A stretch of 64,000 bases of DNA from an uncultured Candidatus Binatia bacterium. GTDB lineage: Bacteria > Desulfobacterota > Binatia > UBA9968 > JAJDTQ01. Position 1 is the stretch's first letter. Each line of letters opens with the position of its first letter. Below, piece by piece: positions 57,751 to 64,000 of this stretch. A program made the position numbers and the translations under genes. The DNA is taken from assembly GCA_965213675.1 (NCBI GenBank), contig OZ243916.1, positions 1,248,001-1,312,000 on the forward strand. The letters run 5' to 3'. The notes under the pieces are model-generated. The model saw only the letters and a program-made list of their open reading frames with translations. It searched no databases and was not told where the DNA came from.

Positions 57751-59697
57751 ATGAAATCCCTGACCACGGGTGTCCTCACCCTCATTCTCATCCTCACGTC
57801 TCAACCCGGCGCCGCCCAGTCGCCCCCCGGAGACGCATCGCAGCAACCGCCCGACGTCGCCACCACCGGAAGGGACGTGGAACACCTTCCCGAGATCGTG
57901 GTTTCCGCCAGCCGCGTGCCGCTGGCGGCCAGGTCTGTGGGCAGTTCGATCACCGTCATCACCGCCGACGACATCAAACGCAAGCAGGCACGGGTCGTGT
58001 CCGACCTGCTGCGCGAGGTCCCGGGAGTGGCGGTGCACCGCTCGGGCACACCGGGCACGCTGACCGCGGTGCGGATCCGCGGCTCCGAGCACGGGCACAC
58101 CCTGGTCCTCATCGACGGCGTGAAGGTCAACGACCCGAGCAGCAGCAGCGCCATATACAATTTCGCGGACCTGCTGGCCGCCGATATCCAGCGCATCGAG
58201 ATTCTCCGGGGGCCGCAGAGCGGGATCTACGGCAGCGATGCCATCGGCGGCGTCATCCACATCACCACCCGAAAGGGCCGCGGGCCGGTTCAGGGGAACG
58301 CCAGCATCGAGGGAGGTTCATTTGGCACCAGCAGCGTGTCCGCCGGCATCCGTGGCGGAGGCCTTCGCCACCACTTCGCTCTCGGCGCCACGGGGTATCA
58401 CACCTCCGGGATATCCATCGCCCGGGGAGATGAGGAAGACGGGTACCGGAACCAGACCTACAGCGCCAAGTTCGGCGCCCGACCCGCACGGGGGCTGGAA
58501 CTCGAGCTGAGCGGGCGTTACGTCAAGGCGCGCGTGGAAACCGATTCCGTGCCCGCGGACAGCGCCGATCACACCGAATCGGACCATGTCATGGGCCAGG
58601 GCCGCTTGACCTACAGCCTGCTCGACGGGGACTGGCGGCACGCCTTCGGAGCGGGCATGCACCGGAAGAGGCGCACCGTGGCCAGCCGCTGGGGAACCAA
58701 TCCATACGACGGCAGGAAAACGCGCTTCGACTACGAGACAAACGTATTCTTCGAGACGGCCGCGGTGACCGAAGCGAGCCACACGATCACGTTCGTCGCG
58801 GAGCAGGAGAAGGATTCACAGGAATCCGGCGGGGCCGACTCCGACGTCACCAACCGGGGCTTTTCCAGTGAGTATCAACTCGGGTTGTGGGAGCAACTCT
58901 TTCTGTCCGGCAGCGTGCGTCGAGACGACAACGAGCGCTTCAACGATACGACAACGTTCCGCTTCACCGCCGCCTATGTCATCGACGCCAGCGGTACGCG
59001 ATTCCACGGCAGCTACGGCACGGGAGTGAAGAATCCCACCCTCTCACACCTGTTCCAACAGTTCGGCCGCACCGGTCCGAACCCCGACGTGGAACCGGAG
59101 GAAAGCAAGGGCTGGGACGCAGGCGTGGAGCAAACCTTGCTGGAGGAGCGGCTCTCCCTGGATGTGACCTGGTTCAACAACCGGCCGAACCGTCTGATCT
59201 ACTGGAATGACGCCGGCACGCCCTACGACTGGCAGAACCCCGAGACAGGCAATGACGATTTCTACGACAATCTTGAAGGGACATCGAGGATTCGGGGCTT
59301 GGAACTCACCCTGCGGGCGAACCCCGTCGAAGATGTCCGCCTGTCCGCGCAATACACCTACACCGACGCGAAGGACCCGGATGGCCAACGGCTTCCGCGC
59401 CGGGCCGAGCACATGGCCAGCGTCAACCTGGGTTACCGCTTCCTGGACGGCAGGGCCGGCGTGGACCTCGGCATCGACTACAACGGAAAACAACGCGACA
59501 GGCGGAACGGCGCCGCGATGATCGACGACTTCACCCTCGTCAACGTCGGCGCCAGCTACAAGCTCGGCGGACAGGTAGAGCTGTTCGGACGGATCGACAA
59601 CCTCTTCGACAAGGCCTACGAGGAAGTCCCCGGCTACCGGTCCACCGGCATCGGCTTTCACGCCGGCGCGCGGGGAACATTCGAACTGTTCCAATGA
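57751..59697 (+). CDS. btuB: TonB-dependent cobalamin receptor
   Basis: Signal peptide, TonB box EIVVSASR, plug motif RIEILRGPQSGIYGSDAIGGVI, NLFDKAY; lies behind a B12 riboswitch. Confidence 0.9.
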   Translation: MKSLTTGVLTLILILTSQPGAAQSPPGDASQQPPDVATTGRDVEHLPEIVVSASRVPLAARSVGSSITVITADDIKRKQARVVSDLLREVPGVAVHRSGTPGTLTAVRIRGSEHGHTLVLIDGVKVNDPSSSSAIYNFADLLAADIQRIEILRGPQSGIYGSDAIGGVIHITTRKGRGPVQGNASIEGGSFGTSSVSAGIRGGGLRHHFALGATGYHTSGISIARGDEEDGYRNQTYSAKFGARPARGLELELSGRYVKARVETDSVPADSADHTESDHVMGQGRLTYSLLDGDWRHAFGAGMHRKRRTVASRWGTNPYDGRKTRFDYETNVFFETAAVTEASHTITFVAEQEKDSQESGGADSDVTNRGFSSEYQLGLWEQLFLSGSVRRDDNERFNDTTTFRFTAAYVIDASGTRFHGSYGTGVKNPTLSHLFQQFGRTGPNPDVEPEESKGWDAGVEQTLLEERLSLDVTWFNNRPNRLIYWNDAGTPYDWQNPETGNDDFYDNLEGTSRIRGLELTLRANPVEDVRLSAQYTYTDAKDPDGQRLPRRAEHMASVNLGYRFLDGRAGVDLGIDYNGKQRDRRNGAAMIDDFTLVNVGASYKLGGQVELFGRIDNLFDKAYEEVPGYRSTGIGFHAGARGTFELFQ

Positions 59698-59820
59698 GCC
59701 GGAGACCGACGGCAAACCACGCCGTCTCCGATGGTTGCCTATGGAGCCTTGACGCTCGACTTGCTTGGGGATTCTTCGACGGCGCGTCGCACGAACGTCA
59801 ATACAGAAGAGACAACAGCG

Positions 59821-61584
59821 TCACTCTGCCACGAGCGGGACGATGCGCCGTTCCTTGGCGCGCACCAGGCCGCGGCCGGTGATGCGCAGCTCGGGGAGGG
59901 TGACGAAGGTGAGAAAGCACAGGGCGTAGAGGGGCTTGGGGAAGGCGCTGCCGCGTTCCTTCAGGATCCGCTGGACGGCGGCGAGCTTCTCCCCCACTTC
60001 GCGCCAGGGCTCCAGGGAGAAGAGCCCTCCTATGGGAAACGCAAGCTCATTCAGAATGCGGCCCTTGTCCACGACCGCGATGCCGCCGCCATTTTCCAGG
60101 ATCCGGTTCGCGCACAAAGCCATGTCGTAGTCGCTGGAACCCGCCACCAGCAGCGTGTACTCGTCGAGGTTGACGGTGGTGCCCACCGCGCCGACATCGG
60201 CTCCCAGGCCACGAACGAAACCGAAGACGGGGCTGAAGCCCTCCCGGCGGTCGAACACCGCGACCTTGAGGAGGTCGGCATCCACGTCGGCCGCGATGGC
60301 CCCACCGGCACAAGGCGCCTCGACAACGCGTTCCCGCGTGATGGTCTGGTTGATCAGGTCCATGACGCGGATGCGGGCACGGGAGGCCTCGCAGCGAATG
60401 CGCATGTCCTCGGCGGTCACGGGCAGGCGGAAGGCGGTCTTGAGACCCATGCCGTCGGGGAAACCGGGCGGAACGACGTCCACGTTCGACTCGCCGGCCT
60501 TGGCCACCGGTTCGCCGCCGATCCAGGTCGCGCTGACGCGCACGGCGTCCAGGTCGTCCAACAGCACGAAGTCGGCGAACCGGCCGGGCGCGAGGCCGCC
60601 GAGTTCCTGTTCCAGGCCGGAGTAGGTCGCCGGGTGCAGGGTGGCGGCCTGAATGGCGCGCACCGGGCTCAGTCCGCACGCCACGGCGCGGCGGATTACG
60701 TGGTCCATGTGACCGTGGGCTGCGACATCGTCCGGGGCCATGCCATCGCTCACCAGAATCAACCGGCCGGTATCCACGCCGGCGGCCAGGAGCGGTTTGA
60801 GGGTGGCTTCGAGGTCCTGCCGAAAGGAGCCCTCGCGCAGCATGGTCCAATAACCCAGCCGCAGGCGCGCCAAGGCGTCCTCACCGTGGATGGCCTCGTG
60901 GCACGACGATACCGAAGCGGCGGCGATGGCGTTGAGGCGCCGGTCCCGCGCCCCCGCCGTGTGGCCATGAACGATCTTGCCCTGGTCGAGGGTCATGCCG
61001 ATGCGCTCCACCAGTTCCGGATCGCCTTGCACCAGCCGCAGCCACGAGACCACCTCGCCCAGGCCCAACACCCGGGGGTCGCGCAGCACCTCCTCCACCT
61101 GCCGTACCGACAGGGACTCGGTCTCGCACAGCAGCGGATCCTGGGGCGCGGCCATGGAGATCAGGGTGTGAACCCGGAGCGGGTGGCAGGCGACCTCGTC
61201 GAGGAAGAGCTTCATGCCGGCGAAGCCGAAGGCCACGGTGTGCTCGTCGCACGAGGCCATCAGCGCAGTGGTGCCGTGGGGCACGTAGGCTTGCAACAGT
61301 TCGAAGGGACGGCAGAAGTGGCCGATGTGCGTGTGGGCGTCGATGAAGCCGGGCGCGAGCCAGCGGCCACCGGCGTCCAGCACCTGGGTGTCGTCGCCGC
61401 GGGCGTGGTCCGCGCTGGGGCCAAGGTAACAGATCCGCCCATCGCTCACCGCCATCTCCACGCCATCCAGAATCTCGCCGCTGTAGACGTTGACCAGCCG
61501 CCCGCCCGTCACCACCAGGTCGGCCTTTATTTCGCCCAGGCTGGCGCGTATCAGGCGTGGAATCGTTTCCTTGGACTTGTGCAT
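59821..61584 (-). CDS. Adenine deaminase (AdeC) family protein
   Basis: PGFIDAHTH, HGTT, LGE, HGH, CHE, REGS, SDG, LAFPIGGL, FLTFVTLPELRIT. Confidence 0.85.
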   Translation of the reverse strand: MHKSKETIPRLIRASLGEIKADLVVTGGRLVNVYSGEILDGVEMAVSDGRICYLGPSADHARGDDTQVLDAGGRWLAPGFIDAHTHIGHFCRPFELLQAYVPHGTTALMASCDEHTVAFGFAGMKLFLDEVACHPLRVHTLISMAAPQDPLLCETESLSVRQVEEVLRDPRVLGLGEVVSWLRLVQGDPELVERIGMTLDQGKIVHGHTAGARDRRLNAIAAASVSSCHEAIHGEDALARLRLGYWTMLREGSFRQDLEATLKPLLAAGVDTGRLILVSDGMAPDDVAAHGHMDHVIRRAVACGLSPVRAIQAATLHPATYSGLEQELGGLAPGRFADFVLLDDLDAVRVSATWIGGEPVAKAGESNVDVVPPGFPDGMGLKTAFRLPVTAEDMRIRCEASRARIRVMDLINQTITRERVVEAPCAGGAIAADVDADLLKVAVFDRREGFSPVFGFVRGLGADVGAVGTTVNLDEYTLLVAGSSDYDMALCANRILENGGGIAVVDKGRILNELAFPIGGLFSLEPWREVGEKLAAVQRILKERGSAFPKPLYALCFLTFVTLPELRITGRGLVRAKERRIVPLVAE

Positions 61585-61590
61585 GGGTGA

Positions 61591-61619
61591 TTGTCTTGCC
61601 TCGGCCTTTGCCTTACCAT
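61591..61619 (+). promoter_or_regulatory. Candidate sigma70 promoter giving a leaderless mRNA
   Basis: TTGTCT-N17-TACCAT; the GTG start begins 7 nt after the -10 box, with no SD sequence. Confidence 0.4.
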
Positions 61620-61625
61620 GGCCGC

Positions 61626-62381
61626 GTGAAAAATCTCGTGCTGCGCAACATCACCAAGCGCTTCGGATCGGTGACGGCCGTGGACGGCTTCGACCTCGAA
61701 GTGGAACAGGGCGAGTTCGTGGTCATCATCGGTGAAAGCGGGTGCGGCAAGACCACGCTGCTGCGCGTCATCGCCGGGCTGGAGACTCCGGACATGGGCG
61801 AGGTCTTCATCGGCGGCGCGCCGGTGAACGATTTGCCCGCCGGCCGCCGGGACGTGCAACTCATCTTCCAGAGCTACGCGCTGTGGCCGCACATGCGCGT
61901 ATTCGAGGACCGCAAGTACGCCAACCTGACGCTGCCGTTGCGCATTCGCAAGTGGTCCGTGGACGCCATCCGCGAATTGATACGACCACTGGCCAAGGCA
62001 CTGAACATCGAGGAGCGGTTGTTCGAACGCAAACCGCAGGAACTGTCCGCCGGGCAGCAACAGCGCGTGGCCTTGGCCCGGGCCATGACCACGTTCCCGC
62101 GGATCATGCTCATGGACGAGCCACTGAGCAACCTCGACCCACCCAACCGCCGCCGGGTGCGGGAGGAGATCCGCGCATTCCACCGGGACCAGCACCTTAC
62201 CACCCTCTTCGTGACCCACAATCTGGAGGACGCCCTGGAGATGGCGGACCGCATCGCGCTCATGCACGAGGGACGCCTGGAGCAGTTTGGCACGGCCCAG
62301 AGCCTGATGCGCCACCCGGCCAACGCATACGTCAGCGAGTACTTCCGCGTCCGGCCGTCCTATGGCGTGCCGTTTCAGTAA
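61626..62381 (+). CDS. Orphan ABC ATPase (MalK/PotA-like, no TOBE domain)
   Basis: GESGCGKT, FQSYALWPHM, LSAGQQQRVALARA, MDEPLSNLD. Confidence 0.88.
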   Translation: MKNLVLRNITKRFGSVTAVDGFDLEVEQGEFVVIIGESGCGKTTLLRVIAGLETPDMGEVFIGGAPVNDLPAGRRDVQLIFQSYALWPHMRVFEDRKYANLTLPLRIRKWSVDAIRELIRPLAKALNIEERLFERKPQELSAGQQQRVALARAMTTFPRIMLMDEPLSNLDPPNRRRVREEIRAFHRDQHLTTLFVTHNLEDALEMADRIALMHEGRLEQFGTAQSLMRHPANAYVSEYFRVRPSYGVPFQ

Positions 62382-62515
62382 TCACGCGCAGCCGTTGACC
62401 CGGGCGCCGTGTGGCAGCGCCATCCCGACCTCCCACCGCCGCGGCCGGCCCGGGACGCGCAGCTTGCGTGATCCGGCCATGGTCCTGAATCCACCCCCCT
62501 GCGGCGACGCGTCCC

Positions 62516-63505
62516 TCAGATCTTGAACGCCTCGCGTGTATTGACCGCGTACAGGCTTTCCAGGTCCACGGGATTCTTGATGACGCCCTGCTCCAGCAGG
62601 TAGGAGTGAAAGGTCTCCAGGGTCTTGCGGTTGCTCTCGAAGCCGTAGGGCCAGTAGTCCTCGCCCATAAGGTCCACCGTCTCTTCGTATTCGAACAGGT
62701 ACCAGAGATGGTGCGTGCGCAGCACGTTGGTATCGTAGATCTGCGACGCGCACAGGTCCTTGGCCCGGCAGAAGGCCTTGTAGAGGTTCTGGGTCACCCA
62801 CGGGTGGGCCTCGTGGATCTCCCGGCGCACCACGATGCAATGCATGATGGGGAACAGGCCGGTGCGGCGGAAGTAGTCCATCTCGGCGGCGCGGCAGTCC
62901 TTGAAGAGCCGGGCAATGCCGGGGGCGCGGCGCACAAAGCACGACGGCATGCGCGCCGACACCAGCGCGTCGATGTCGCCCTTTTCCAGCATGTCGTCGA
63001 GGGTGCGTTCCTCCTCGGTCTCGATCTCCACCCCGGCAGGCGCGTCGAATGGCACCCGGTCCTTGCGTCCCGGCTGCTCCACGCCGCCCTGGACCCAGTG
63101 GACGTCTCTGGCCTCCACGCCGAAGTCGTGCTGCAGCATGCCGCGCACCCACACCGAGGCGGTCATGGTGTACTCGGGCACTCCCACGCGCCGGCCCTTG
63201 AGGTCTTCGGGCTTCTCGATGCCCGAAGCTGCGTTGACGAAGATGCAGCGGTGCCGGAACATGCGCGACGGGAACACCGGGATGGCGATGAACGGGCGAT
63301 GGCCGCGGGAGGCGTCCACATGGTAGGCGCCCATGGACATCTCCGCGGCGTCGAATTCGTGAAAATGGAGCATGCGCCAGAAGATCTCCTCCACGGGCAG
63401 CGCCACGTAGTTGAGATCAATGCCGTCGGGCTTCACCAGCCCGTCCTTGAGGGCCCGGGTGCGGTCGTAGTCCTCGCATGCCAGTGTCAGTTCGATGTTG
63501 GCCAT
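62516..63505 (-). CDS. 4,5-dihydroxyphthalate decarboxylase-like / PhnD-SsuA fold protein
   Basis: YDRTRAL, EEIFWR, EMS, PVFPSRMFRH, GVPEYTMTA.VW.RG, FPIMH, YWPYG..NR. Confidence 0.82.
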   Translation of the reverse strand: MANIELTLACEDYDRTRALKDGLVKPDGIDLNYVALPVEEIFWRMLHFHEFDAAEMSMGAYHVDASRGHRPFIAIPVFPSRMFRHRCIFVNAASGIEKPEDLKGRRVGVPEYTMTASVWVRGMLQHDFGVEARDVHWVQGGVEQPGRKDRVPFDAPAGVEIETEEERTLDDMLEKGDIDALVSARMPSCFVRRAPGIARLFKDCRAAEMDYFRRTGLFPIMHCIVVRREIHEAHPWVTQNLYKAFCRAKDLCASQIYDTNVLRTHHLWYLFEYEETVDLMGEDYWPYGFESNRKTLETFHSYLLEQGVIKNPVDLESLYAVNTREAFKI

Positions 63506-63620
63506 GGATACCTCGGTTTCTGTTGGGTTCCGTGCGCGTGGCCGAGATGGAAGTGGCGCCATCCGGCCCACGAGCATCCATCCCTGCGCGCCCGCGGGTC
63601 ATCACCTTGCCTCACGCCGC

Positions 63621-63647
63621 CTGGATTCCCGTCGTCACGGGAATGAC
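63621..63647. repeat. dRS3-like palindrome ATTCCC-N8-GGGAAT
   Basis: CTGGATTCCCGTCGTCACGGGAATGAC. A half-site lies at 52023-52036. Confidence 0.75.
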
Positions 63648-63681
63648 GGCGAGAAGTGTGGCCGGACGTTGCCGGCCAGTC

Positions 63682-64000
63682 TTATCGGGGCATGCAGCAG
63701 CGCTTGTACTTGCGGCCGCTGCCGCACGGGCAGGGGTCGTTGCGTCCGGCCACGGGACGAGCCGCGGCGTCTGCTTCGCGCACCTGCCGCATGACTTTCT
63801 CCATGGGCTCGCCGGCCTGCCACAGGCCGGCCATGGTGTTCAGGTGCTCGCGGCTGTGGATGAAGAACTTCTTGTAGCCGGCGCACAGGTAGTTGAGCCC
63901 GTCCTCCCCTTCCGGGGTCTTGATAAAGCGGTCCTTGGGGCAGCCGCCGTTGCATTGGGCGCGCACCTCGCACTCGCGGCAGTACCGCGGCAGCGTCGTC
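63682..64000 (-). CDS. Anaerobic sulfatase maturase-like radical SAM/SPASM protein, C-terminus with SEC-C motif (5' part outside the window)
   Basis: [10 protein letters not shown]...[10 protein letters not shown]...[11 protein letters not shown]; [18 protein letters not shown]. Confidence 0.87.
   Translation of the reverse strand, partial: TTLPRYCRECEVRAQCNGGCPKDRFIKTPEGEDGLNYLCAGYKKFFIHSREHLNTMAGLWQAGEPMEKVMRQVREADAAARPVAGRNDPCPCGSGRKYKRCCMPR

Noticed and set aside
1-64000. tRNA, rRNA, prophage or integrase genes
   Set aside because: None were recognised by eye; tRNAscan-SE and Infernal would be needed to exclude small RNAs.

Overview
High-GC Gram-negative bacterial DNA (TonB and a TonB-dependent receptor are present). 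The paralog-rich catabolic content resembles uncultured Deltaproteobacteria/Binatia-like genomes, but that is inference only. The window has five blocks. (1) 1-18.1 kb: catabolic and oxygenase genes (acyl-CoA synthetase, IPNS-like and CmcJ/NvfI-like 2OG-Fe oxygenases, amidase, two amidohydrolases, CoA-transferase III, gentisate-dioxygenase-like cupin, TctCAB transporter, dihydrodiol-dehydrogenase-like SDR, tandem TauD). (2) 18.3-22.3 kb: glnS-YqeY and a ferritin-like/cytochrome c operon. (3) 22.6-33.05 kb: a lower-GC accessory island with HicBA, two IS3 elements, an IS3 end remnant, a broken HigBA, and a tightly coupled SNF2 helicase + sacsin-like GHKL ATPase carrying an HNH-like zinc domain. 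This pair is the best candidate for an undescribed defence system. (4) 33.2-44.5 kb: transporters, a UbiD/heme-oxygenase-like diiron/bicupin unit, and a three-subunit (split-beta) Co-type nitrile/thiocyanate hydratase coupled to an M24 hydrolase. (5) 45-64 kb: late cobamide synthesis and salvage genes (cobU, cobQ, cbiB, cobD, cobC, cobS, cobT), BtuFCD, and TonB/BtuB each behind a cobalamin riboswitch. An internally deleted B12-independent methionine synthase heads the cobTS operon. No rRNA, tRNA or CRISPR array was seen. All family calls come from motif recognition by eye; no database search was run.
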